Shown: in pieces, positions 13,533 to 25,100 of the stretch
How the letters are laid out: every line of letters begins with the position of its first letter
Numbering within the stretch: the first letter of the stretch is position 1
NCBI GenBank assembly: GCA_032718475.1
Contig: JAUCBJ010002021.1
Location: 1-64,000, forward strand
Reading direction: 5' to 3'
Length of the DNA stretch: 64,000 bases
From: Nemertoderma westbladi
Taxonomy: Eukaryota > Animalia > Xenacoelomorpha
Position numbers and translations under genes: made by a program
The notes under the pieces: generated by a model
Databases searched by the model: none
What the model was told of the DNA's origin: nothing
What the model saw: only the letters and a program-made list of their open reading frames with translations

Positions 13533-14650
13533 TATTACAGTTTACAGTATTATGTAGATTGACTCAGTGTATTTCGTTTGATTCTAATTCCTTTGATGTA
13601 TGTTCTGTGAGTCTGAGAGTGCGGAAAAGCTGTATAGCTGCAGTACGGTAGGCTGGTTTACAAATTTACATCATGCAGTAGTAGGCCTACAGGTGTCTGC
13701 ACCCTGCACAGTAATGTACAGATGTAACCAGGTAACAGTGCAAGGTCGGGCTAAAATACCGTATTATTTTCGACCTAATCAGAAATTAATTACAGTAAAC
13801 TAAGAAATAGAAATCAATCAAAGGGGAAAAGAGCGCCTATCCAAGCATTCGTGATTTATTGGGCACACTTTAGTAATACACCAATCAGCATAACAATCCA
13901 TAGTTTATACTTACCAATTTCGTTCTTAACGCACAATTCACAATCAGCAGTCAAATAACAATCGCAATCTACAGTTTAGCTAGCAATTCACAACTCGCAA
14001 TTCGCAACTCGCAACGTAAAGGACGCAGATCTCTCCCGGCTACGTCTAGGCTTCCTAACTAACCCAATTCCTGCCCCCCTAATACTACAAAATAGAGACA
14101 AAACCTGGATCATCAGCCCCCAATTACTGCGCCGGCGTACCTGACCCACTCTACGCTGCAAACTTGCGCGCGCAATAGTAATCCCCCCAATGTTGCTTGT
14201 CTTTGAATCCTCCGCACTCCCGTCGTCGCTAACCCCCCGATGCACCTGCCGCGCTTACCGGTACCCTAGCCCTCCATCTGAATGAGTAGCTACCGTAGCG
14301 GCACATGCAAATCTCAAAGTCTGACAGTCTAAGAAATCCCGTAGGATTATTGTCGAAAGGAATCACATAGAACCATTTACTAAAGGGTAGAAATCATAGT
14401 TCCAATTTGTAATTAACAGCGATCATTGAGATTGATTGAGAAACACAATAAGAATCAAACAGAAATTGCAAATTAGCGAATCATTGCAAGAAAATCAAAA
14501 GGGCAGTAATTTACACAGAAAAACTAAGCATCGAATAGTTGAAGGTAAGCTGTGTGGTGGATGACTAAGGATGTGTGGAATGTGGAATTGAGATAGGTAA
14601 CAATGGAAGTAGGCCAATTTATAGGTATAGGTATGAATCGCTGGTTCAGG

Positions 14651-14800
14651 TAGATTATTTATGTGTTTAGAGTGATGAAGAAAACTGGCAGCGTCGGCGA
14701 AAAGCGTATTAAATATTGATGAAACATTTGGTAGATCATTTATAAAGATAACAAACAGGAGTGGCCCAAGCAAACTTCCCTGGGGCACACCAGTTTGGAT
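14651..14800 (-). mobile_element. CR1/L2-like LINE RT fragment (continues at 12033)
   Basis: GVPQGSLLGPLLFVIFINDLPNVSS..LFADAASF..HINNL, joining in frame to IASLNSEL at 12033. Confidence 0.85.
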
Positions 14801-14840
14801 CAGTAATTCAGAGGATCTAACGCCATCTACTGTAGTAAAC

Positions 14841-15150
14841 TGGTATAGTAACTAGTTCGGTTTGTATAGTATCTAGTTTGGTTGGTATAGTAACTAGTTT
14901 GGTTGGTATAGTAACTAGTTTGGTTGGTATAGTAACTAGTTTGGTTGGTATAGTAACTAGTTTGGTTGGTATAGTAACTAGTTTGGTTGGTATAGTAACT
15001 AGTTTGGTTTTTATAGTAACTAGTTTGGTTGGTAAAGTAACTAGTTTGGTTGGTATAGTAACTAGTTTGGTTTTTATAGTAACTAGTTTGGTTGGTAAAG
15101 TAACTAGTTTGGTTGGTATAGTAACTAGTTTGGTCTTTATAGTAACTAGT
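14841..15150. repeat. 21-bp minisatellite (GTAACTAGTTTGGTTGGTATA)n, about 15 units
   Basis: Directly visible tandem array; it accounts for three overlapping repetitive ORFs. Confidence 0.97.
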
Positions 15151-15301
15151 AGTACCATTATTAGTAGTCATTAGTAGCAGAATTCGCCTTCAGAAATAAA
15201 ATATGATATTGAACTTCGACAGGAGTACAGTAGTTTGTACAGTATAAGAGTAAAGGATTTCGGTTTTGAGTAAGAAGGCTTCATTAAGGAAGTAGAGTAG
15301 G

Positions 15302-15800
15302 TGTTCGCGCTTTTAAACCTTTAGCAGTTTAACCTGCCAATTTTAGTTGTCCTCTTGTTTATAAATCGACTTTAGCCTATATCAATTACCTAGTGTACTG
15401 AAGTTACATCAGCCGAAGCCAGTCCGTGCGCGACCTATCACCCACGGTTTTGGGAGACTGGATTCGGATTCCTTGAGAGTGATTGCGGTGTAGACCTACT
15501 GTATTATTCGATTGATCGTTACTATATAATCTCTGACAAATATATTTACTTTCGGGGAAATATTAACTGTTCCTTTAGGACGTGGCGTTTTAAGTATAAA
15601 AACAGAGTTATGACTTATACTAATCACAACTAGATGGCCACAGAGTTTCGTAAATAGCGCATTCTTTAGGAGATGCTTTATTAACCTTCACACTACTTCA
15701 CACGACTTCACACTACTTCACACTAATCTGCCGACCGTCGCTGAATTTGATCATATATAAGGAGGATCGCAACTGACACATGTAGGGATTATGAAATAGC
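15302..15800 (-). repeat. Truncated 3' LTR of copy B
   Basis: Near-identical to 40150-40648. Fused directly to gag at 15801, so a deletion removed pol, ORF3 and the first part of this LTR. Confidence 0.93.
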
Positions 15801-18800
15801 GGTAGTTCGGGCTCACTTACCTGACTCGTGCGGGTTCTGTCAAATTCTGTGTGCAGCAAGATGTGATGTTTCGCACCGCACTTAGCACACCTCGCATCTG
15901 AGTAACAGGTCCGCCGTTGGTGTTCTCGTCTGAGGCAATTATAACACAACCGCTTATCCCACATGACATTACGTCTATCCTTCAGTGATTTCTTCAAGAA
16001 TTCATCACACCCACTCAAGCGATGTGGCCCGTCGCACAATACACATTTGGGCTTGATGTTACTTACTTTAACCTGTGTTGTGTTGTGCACACTGGTTCTT
16101 TCATCGGGCTTTCTTCCATGAATTATCTTAGGAGACGTAGGAGGAGTTGTTACCTGTTCTCTCCTATCACTGGTTCGAGACTTAGATTTACTTACGTCTT
16201 TCCTCGTTTTATTGACATAATAAGATCTTTCAGTGTCCTTACTGCTGTTTTCCTCGTAGGAGGTTTGGCTTTCGCCATCGTCCGTATAACACACTGGTGT
16301 TACCTTTCTCCTAGAAACAGGTTTTTTACTCACCTTACTTTCCGGTGTCTTCTCTCTGGACTGCTTTAGGAGCTGTAATCTTACCTCTCCATTTAAGAAT
16401 GACATGAGATCAGCCATAGTAGGGTCTCTTTGTTGCTGGTCCATCATATAGAGAACCTTTTTGTCCCAGCGAGTACCTACTCCACCCTTTGACAAAATAG
16501 ATGCTACGGCTCCAACAACCATAGAACTCTGGTATTCTTAAGACTTACCTAACCAATCCTGCTGTCTACAGATCTCTTGAATCTCATCGGAAAACTCTAT
16601 AATCCCGCTGCTAAGAAACTTTCGGGGCGCTACTAATTTCGCATACAAATACCTAGCTATGTTTGTCCTATTCCCATACCTTATGTTTAGTGTATCCCAA
16701 ACTTGTCTTAATCCGTCTGGATGTCCAATAAACTTTAACGCCATTAACTTGGGAGGTCTTTCCAAGCACTCGATGAGGAATCGAAGTTTCTCTCCGTTGG
16801 ATAGTACAGAGTTCTGTATGTTATCTTTATAATATTCATTAAAAGGTAACCATTTCATCCCATCTCCATTGAACTTGACGACCTCTCCCACCTTCACCGC
16901 TTGACGGGCTTCGGTTCTAGCCAATTGACGTGTAAAACTTTCTTGAGCCATCGTATTATTTAATATCGAGTTATCGGTATATAAATTTCTTGGATTATGA
17001 TCAGATCTGTATGGGATATCATTATCAACGGGTTTATAATTACCCTTAATAGGGTTTACTATAGGAGTTTCTACTTCACTAGCAGTATAAATGCGTGTAG
17101 GCTCCACACCTTGCGCATGAAATACTTCAGACCTAACGGGTTGATACATTGTTACAGGGGGTGGTGGTATACCCAACCCATTTGTATATTTACTAATTTA
17201 TTGCGCTCTAAAGCAATACTTTGTTGTACTTCTTGCAACTCAAACCTACTCTCTCTCACTGTTCCCTTTAACTGCTGAACAGTCCCTTCCAATTCTCGGA
17301 CCTGCTGTGAAGACCTTTGTCTATGGTCTTCCAGTTGCCCGAGCAGGCGATTCATCCCCCGCCGTCCCTCATCCACCCACTCAACCGCTGAAGCGGGAGC
17401 CGCCAACATAGTAGCAGGGTGACGCATAGGGACGACGGGAGACAAGTCATTTATGTCTTGCTCGGCGTCCAGGACCGGATGTGGTTCCGGGGCTTGTCTA
17501 CTGTGCACAGGTAGTTTAGTACTGTGCAAAGGGAATTTAGAGTTAGGTTCTGGAAGTACAGGGGTCTCTATCCCAAGACTTCAATGACAGGCCTAATTAT
17601 TTCGGGCTCGTCTACTATAGTAGGGAGTCTTTCTACTCTAATAATTTGGTCTGTGGGCTCTTGATTACTTAAATCTACATTAGCCAGTTGCCTTCTCACC
17701 GCAGGAGGTAAATTAGGTAACTTCTGACGGTTTGTCGCTCTTCTACGTCCACTTGAACGAGATTTATTACCTCTACCTTCAGTATCTGTTGTATCACCTT
17801 CATCAGAGGAGGTGAATCCCTGTCTTCTGGGAGTAGATCGACTCAGTAGTTGCATCTGAGTAGCTGCCCTTTGTTTGTTCAAGTAATCTTGTTTCGCCTG
17901 AAGGTTCTCCAACTCTAGTTGGGTTGTCGCTTCAGATGCCTTCCTTTCTGCTTCTGCCACTGCTGCTTTTCTTTCAGCCTCTGTTGCTGCCGCCTTTCTT
18001 TCTAATTCTGCCGCTGCCGCTGCCGCTGCCGCTGCCGCTGCCGCTTTTCTATCAGATTTTGCCGCTGCCGCTGACCTTTCAGCTTCCGCCGCCTTTCTTT
18101 CAGCTTCTGCCGCTGCTGCCAACTTTCGGTCTTCTATTTGCCGTTTATTTATTTGTTCTTCTTGGTCCATAATGATGAGGATGCTTTCATCAAATTTAGC
18201 CTGCTCCGCAGCTAATATTTCAGCATCTAACGAGTCCAACACAAATTTAGCTCCCTCACTATTAGGGTGAAGTCCAGCTAGCCGTCTCCTTAGCTCTTTG
18301 TCACCTATAAATCATTGATAGTCCGACAGATAGATGTCAATAGCATCCTTCTTCTGAGGTTTTTCGGATATAGCTTCGCCTTCCACCTGAGAAAAGGTAG
18401 CGTCTGTTGATTCTCTGTGGGTCATGCGCTCAGTTAGCTGAACTTTCCATTGTGTCATTCCCTGGACTTTAAGACTCACCCGTTGGAACCAAGTTTTTAC
18501 GGCCACTTGCAACGACGTGTCTTGGCTCCTCTTCGAGGCTTCCTCAAAGGCTGAAAGGATTAGTCTGATCCGTAAAATTCGTTCTCGCACTTGATAAAGT
18601 AGCTCTCCCTGCTCTTGAGGTCCTTGATGTTGTTGAAATAGGTGATCTTCTAATCGCTCCAAAGAGCTGAAGAATCCCTGGACATATCCTGCTGCTGACC
18701 CCTTCCATACAGCTGGATCTCGGGTGTCCCTTACTATTCCCATCCTGTATAAGTCCTCCCAGGCAGCTTCTGATAAGGCAAACGGGAGTCCGGGTCTGGG

Positions 18801-19061
18801 GAAGTTCCATTGCGTCTCGACAATAGACCTCAGTTCCTCCATCGTGTATCCCGCATAACTGTCCCTGGTCGATCGCTTACTTCTCGCCCAATCGATTTGA
18901 TGTTCCTCCACAGTGATCAATACTCTAGTGAGTACGGCTCCAGGAAGAATTATAAGTGGATCTGGATAAACTGCTTCTGCCATCCTTACTCCGATCTCGG
19001 GCGTCAACTCTTCAGTGTCTGAACTACTAGAGTTATCGTGCCGTTGAGAAATAAGTTCTCG
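15801..19061 (-). pseudogene. gag of copy B (stops and frameshifts)
   Basis: ORFs 18312-19067, 17568-18242, 17152-17529, 16538-17176 and 15713-16522 are colinear with gag of copy C, including KFNGDGMKWLPF and three Zn knuckles. Confidence 0.92.
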
Positions 19062-19066
19062 GTTCA

Positions 19067-20235
19067 TGTAAAGGCTTTTGTGTAATTAGCCGGTTATTTT
19101 CCCCGTAAAGTACTCTGTAGTTAGTTTACTAGGCATAAAAAGGCCGTGTCCTTACTGTACTGGTGTTTTAGAGGACATAAAAGTAATTTCTTCTGTAGGT
19201 GTACTTTAGCGGACATAATCCGCAATTTTGTGACGCAATAAGCCGGATCCTCTTGAAAACAGTGTGGCTACCATGACGACGGCTAACAGCTGATATTGCC
19301 ACGTCGAACATTTCTTTGTTCTTTGTTCTCTCTTTGTTCGGTCGACCAATCAGAGCGTTTTTTGACTCTGTGTTGAAGGTTGGATACAGAAACTCATGAA
19401 TTCAGTGTATATGTTTTTGCCCAGAGCCTAAGAACACCGGCTTTTGGCACCTCCGTGTTTCAGTCTTTAGCTTAACATTAGTAGGCTTAATTATAGAACG
19501 TATATCTGTTATCTTATCTCACTTACTTAACAAAACAATCATAACAATTCAATTCAACTACAAACACCGCATTTTTACTGCTTTTACTGTCGGTTATTCA
19601 TTATATTTGTTGATGGAATATTATATCGGAATACTGATCAATAATCAGACACCCCAATCTTCTTGATATACTAAAGGTTAGAGAGACCGGATACATATAA
19701 CGATTGCGACTTACATTAAGTGGTTTGAAGTGAATCTAATGCTATTTCATAGGCCCGACATAAATTGTCTGTTGCTCTCTTTATATGTGACTAAAATTAG
19801 TGAAGGTCGGCAGATTAGTGTGCAGTATTGTGCAGCATTGTGTATGATTGTAACTGATAACAAAGCATCTCCTAAAGAATGCACCATATACGTGAATCTA
19901 TAGCCATTCCGTTGTGTCTAGTTTAAGTCATAACTCTGTTTACATATTTAGAGCGCCACGTCCTAAAGGAACTGTTAATATTTCCCGAAAGTGAATAATA
20001 TTTGTCAGAGATTATATATTACGATCAGTCGAATAATACAGTAGGCTTACACCTCAATCAAGTTAAGCTTCCGAATCCAGTCTCCCGGGTATATCCAGCG
20101 GGTGAATGGTTGTGCATAGACTGGCTTCGGCTAATGTAGTGTATCAAATACTCGTCATAGGCTAAAGACTATCTATCACCTAAAAGACATCCCAATTTGG
20201 CAGGTTAAACTGCTAAAGGTCTAAAAGCGCGAACA
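19067..20235 (+). repeat. 5' LTR of copy C (1,169 bp)
   Basis: TGTAAAGGCTTTT...AAAAGCGCGAACA imperfect terminal inverted repeat; about 10 differences from the 3' LTR by eye. Confidence 0.96.
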
Positions 20236-22135
20236 TTAATAGTTTTTATTCTTGATTGCACGTAGGCAATAAAGTTGAATGTACCGGTCGGACGGTGAAC
20301 TGTAGGCCTAACTGCCCAACCACCCGAACCGGTACTTACAGGTACCCAGTATTATTTCGATTGTGAAATATTGTATATTGTAGGCTGTTAGGGGATTAGG
20401 GATTGATCACCCCTTATTCCTTTGTATGGTTTACTTATTTCTGTCAGTTTTATTTATCTGTAAGTGTAATATTGAGCAGAGGGTGTGTAAGCCTGCTCAG
20501 ATTGTATAAATAATTTGTAGGCCGGATTGTTGTCTAGCTATTGTTAGGTCTGAGGCGATTGCAGTGTGTGTAGAGTGTCTGTCCGAAAAAGTGCTAGTTA
20601 GGAAGGTGGGGGCATCCAGTGCTGTAAGGTAAATCCCCCCCCCCCCCCCCCCGAAAGAATAAGTCGTACTACTCGGTTAGAACGCATACTAACTAACCAT
20701 TTCGGAGTCTGCACATACCGTAGTTTGTTTAGGCTTGATAGTAGTCTGTCAGTATTTAGTCTGCATTTTGTTTGAGTAGTTTGTACGCGTAGCATAATAT
20801 TTATTATTCAGAGTTTATGCGATTATTCGCAACATTCATATCCCCAAGTTTATTCCTGCAGTAATTGTGCTTGTTATACATACCGTTATAGTTAAACTAA
20901 CCCCGGTACTACATCAGGGCTGCTTGGCGTAGGTAAAGACTGGAGATTTTGTGCTTTGGTCACTCCGGCAGATACCGTGGTTCTTTTAGCTGTTCAAGTA
21001 TTTTTAACGACTGATTATTTGTTGTACAAGTACTTGTACCTAATTTAGGGTTTAGTGTACAGTACTTTCCGAAGGCAATTAGTGTGTAGGCAGTATATTT
21101 GTGTTGTAAAGTGGTTAATAGGCACGTTGGTTCTGGTAGACCGCGGTAATTAACTTCTGGGTAGGAACACTCCGTGATACATAATGTAGTACCTATAGCG
21201 ATACGGCTATAGGTCGTCAGACGGTGGTATTTTCCTATCTGGACAACGCAGTATATTTACTACTACTTATTATTTTCAAATACCGTAGTAACCTGTCCGT
21301 TGTAATAACCAGATATTCTAACCCTTTGTTAGGCTGGTTTGTAGATTCCCTGTAAACTTACCCTAAAAATTTGTATTTGTAATTTTTGTGTTTATTTAGA
21401 GATTGTAATCTCACCCCGATTGTACGTAATTTGTAGTAATAAGTAACTTAGGTAAATTAGAATTATTTGTTTTAGTGTCCAACAAGTAGCACTTCACTGA
21501 GAGCGCACAGCTTCTGTGTAGTGACTCCCCCCAGAAATAATAACATTTATTTCAAACATTGACAAAAAACCCATTTCAACGGGTATATATATATTATAAA
21601 TCAACTCAAACGATTTATAAATAGTAGGCCTGCCATATAATAATTAGGTCTAAATATCAGTTGGACTACTGCTTAAATAACGGTAATAAAGTAAGTTAAA
21701 GTAACCAAGTAACCCTTAAAATTCAGAAATTCAATTATTTAAATAATTGATATACCGGTATTCACGATAGGCCTATTATATATTTATAAATTTAGGCTGA
21801 AATTATACCGGTATTCTGTAATTAATTCTAGTTAATAATTATACTTATATATACTATAAGTGTAAACTGCATACCGGTATCCACGATAGGCCTATTATAT
21901 ATTTATATATATTTGTGCTAAAATTATATACCGGTATTCTGTGAAAAACCTAGTCTGTAATAAAATTTATATATACTATAAGCATACCGGTATTCTAATA
22001 TATTATATTATATATATATCAGGCTACACTGAGTAGCAGTATCGGTAATTAATTACTAGGCTAGCAGTTAATACTGAATTACTAGACTTGCTTAGACTGT
22101 AATATAGCAGTAGGCATACAACTGTGCAAACAAAC

Positions 22136-25100
22136 ATGTCTGATACTAAGCAGAACCTGTCAGACAGTTTATTAGATGTAACTATCTGCGACTCAGATAG
22201 GGGTGTAGAACCGTCTAGACCTAAGTTCAGTTCACCTCCCACTGTGAGGAAGGTCATCCCTCCTGTAGTAATATCAGACCCTAGGCTAGTCCAACATCGT
22301 AGGTCTATCATAGGCACTCGAGCTCAGGTCAAGCGGGACCAAGAAGCAGCGGAACAGCAACAACCCGCGAGCCAAGAACTTATTTCTCAGCGGCCCGACA
22401 GCTCCAGTAGTGCGGATACTGAAGAGCTGACACCCGAGCACGGAGCAAAGATGACGGATGCGGTTTATTCGGATCCCCTTCTCATCCTTCCTGCAGCCGT
22501 ACTCACTAGGTTATTGATTGCGGCGGAAGAACACCAGATCGATTGGGCGAGAAATAAGCAATCGACTAAAGATAGTTATGCGGGATACACAAGGGAAGAA
22601 CTGAAGTCTATTGTCGAGTCGCAATGGAACTTCCCCGGACCCGGACTCCCGTTTGATTTATCAGAAGCTGCCTGGGAAGACATACACCGGATGGGAGTAA
22701 CCAAGGAAACCATCGATCCAGCTGTGTGGAAGAGGTCCGCAGCCGGATACGCACAGGGATTCTTCAGCTCTATGGAGCGATCCTAAAGAGGTGAGGTCTC
22801 TATAGGGGGTCGCTAACAGGCGGCGGCGGACTCGTGAGGGTCTGGGGGCACGTTAAATCCCATATATAGTGCAGGGGAGATACTGAAGGCCCTCGTGTCG
22901 TGCGAACCATGAATCAACATGGTGCCGTGGTACCGTCTAGTCAGCCTGTTGCCGTACTGCCAGTCCTGTACACAGTAGGGGTGGTGGCTTAGTGTGATCT
23001 GTGGTTTATGTGGTCTATGTGGTAGGTCTATGTTTGGTATGTATGAGTTGACCAGACTCTTTACTGTCTCCGATCGGTTGCCAAAACGTGTCTTTTCCCA
23101 GGGTAGCACTATTGGAATGGAGGTGTTGCATCGGAATGGACAGGTTTCTGATGATTCCGTTGGTACTACTATTGGAATGGAGGTGGCACCCGGAATATCG
23201 GCTGCAAGGAGGGGTTGGTGTTGTAGTGTGGTCCGAGTGAATGATACTCTGGAATCTGTGGTTTGTGTGTGTACGTGGTATACGTGAGTGTATGTATGGC
23301 CTCTGCGAGTGGGTATGGGAACCCTTACCGGTTGGTTCAGTCGCCGCTGGTTATTAGTAGGACCATATCTTTACTGCGCCCCAGCATACTTTGTGCACAC
23401 AAAGTTATTTTGCCCTGACGGCAAAATAAGGTACTCTCGACTCTTTTATCAGTCGATACAATTTTGTCCCCTCTGATTTTGTCCCCGATTTTGTCTTTTC
23501 CGATTATGTCCTCTGTGTGTGCATGGTATGCGTCAGATTTGTGTTTACCATTGTGTACTTGATTTCGTGAGCATCTATTGAGTACACGTGTACAGTGACT
23601 GGTAAGTGGTTACTTGTTCCTAGCTTTCGAGCTAGTCAGTATTGTTTGCGGAACCGACTTCCCCTCAATACTGCCGGCGAGGCGGGTGAAAATGGTCAAT
23701 ATTCCATGTGGGTAGCGCAAGCCCGCTTGGGACAAGACCGTCGGTTTGGCTCAAGGGCGACCTTGATGCTCGATCGCTATCGACTGGTCCACCCGCCGGT
23801 TGACTCTCTGAGTTGCCTCAATGTACAGTCAGGCCACAGTAAGTTGACAGTAGCCGACCATCTGACTACACCGACGAGCTGTGCCGGTGTGATCGGGGGA
23901 TTGAAAAGTGAACCCAGGAAGCATCGGGCTACCCTACGGCCAGCTTGGTGAACTGGCCCCAAGGGTGGTGGGAAAGCGTCCGCCTCATGGGTGCGCCTCG
24001 GAGTCATCAGAGAGGAGCCCAGAAGGACGCAAGCGTAAAAGAACAACTGTTTCAACAACCCCAAGGACCTCAAGAGCAGGGACAACTGCTTTATCAAGTT
24101 AGAGAAAGAATTCTGCGAATCAGGCTAATCTTATCGGCCTTTGAGGAGGCTTCTAAAAGAAGACAAGACACGTCGTTGCAAGTTGCCGTAAAGACTTGGT
24201 TTCAACGGGTGAGTCTCCAGGTTCAAGGAACGGCTCAGTGGAAAGCTCAGCTGGAGGAGCGCTCAACCCATGGAGAATCAACAGACGCTACTTTTTCCCA
24301 AGTAGAAAGTGAAGCGACGGCAGAGAAACCGTATAAGAGGGATGCCATTGACATCTATCTGTCAGACTATCAGCGTTTTTTAGGAGATGAAGAGTTGAGG
24401 AGAAGGTTAGATGGACTTAGCCCTAATAGTGAAGGAACTCAGCGTGTGTTGGATGCCATCGATGTGGAAATGAGGGCTGCGAACCAGGCTAAATTTGATG
24501 AACGCCTCCGCATCACTAGAGTCCAAGAAGAACAAGTAAAGAAACAACGTATAGAAGACAGAAAGGCAGTGGCAGTAGCAGCAGCAGTGGCAGCGGCAGA
24601 AGCTGAAAGAAAAGCGGCAGCGGCAGCGGCAGCGGCAGAGGCAGAAGCGGAGAGAAAAGCGGCCGAAGCGGAAAGAAAGGCGGCAGTGGTAGCGGCCGAA
24701 GCGGAAAGAAAGGCAGCAGTGGCAGCTGCAGAGGCAGTGGCAGAAGCAGAACGGAGAGCGGCTGAAGAAACCACCCAACTAGAATTGGAAAACATTCAGG
24801 AGAATCAAGACTGCATAAATAAACAGTTAACAGCTAGTCAAATGCAGATGATGGGTCGATCTACTCCCAAAAGACAGGGATATACATCATCTGAGGAAGG
24901 CGATACCACCGATACTGAAGGCAAAGGAAATAGATCTCGTCTAAGCAGACGTAGAAGAACATCACACCGTCAGAAATTGCCTGATTTGCCTCCAGCTGTT
25001 AGAAGGCAACTAAATAACACCAACTTAGGTAGTACAGAACCCACAGACCAAATAATTAAAATAGAAAGACTCCCTACTATAGTAGATGAGCCTGAAATAA

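Noticed and set aside
14817-15174. Repetitive proteins (TIPTKLV, YTNQTSY, GIVTSLV)
   Set aside because: By-products of a 21-bp minisatellite that is stop-free in several frames.
21190-21222. Hammerhead on the minus strand (CTGACGA + CCTATAGC hairpin)
   Set aside because: No GAAA box after the stem and no helix I/III.
23945-24035. N-terminus of the 837-aa ORF as the true gag start
   Set aside because: These codons come from the insertion; gag starts at ~22136.
24407-24795. Ala-rich and Cys-rich antisense ORFs (also 17924-18172)
   Set aside because: Shadows of the GCN-rich Gag repeat.
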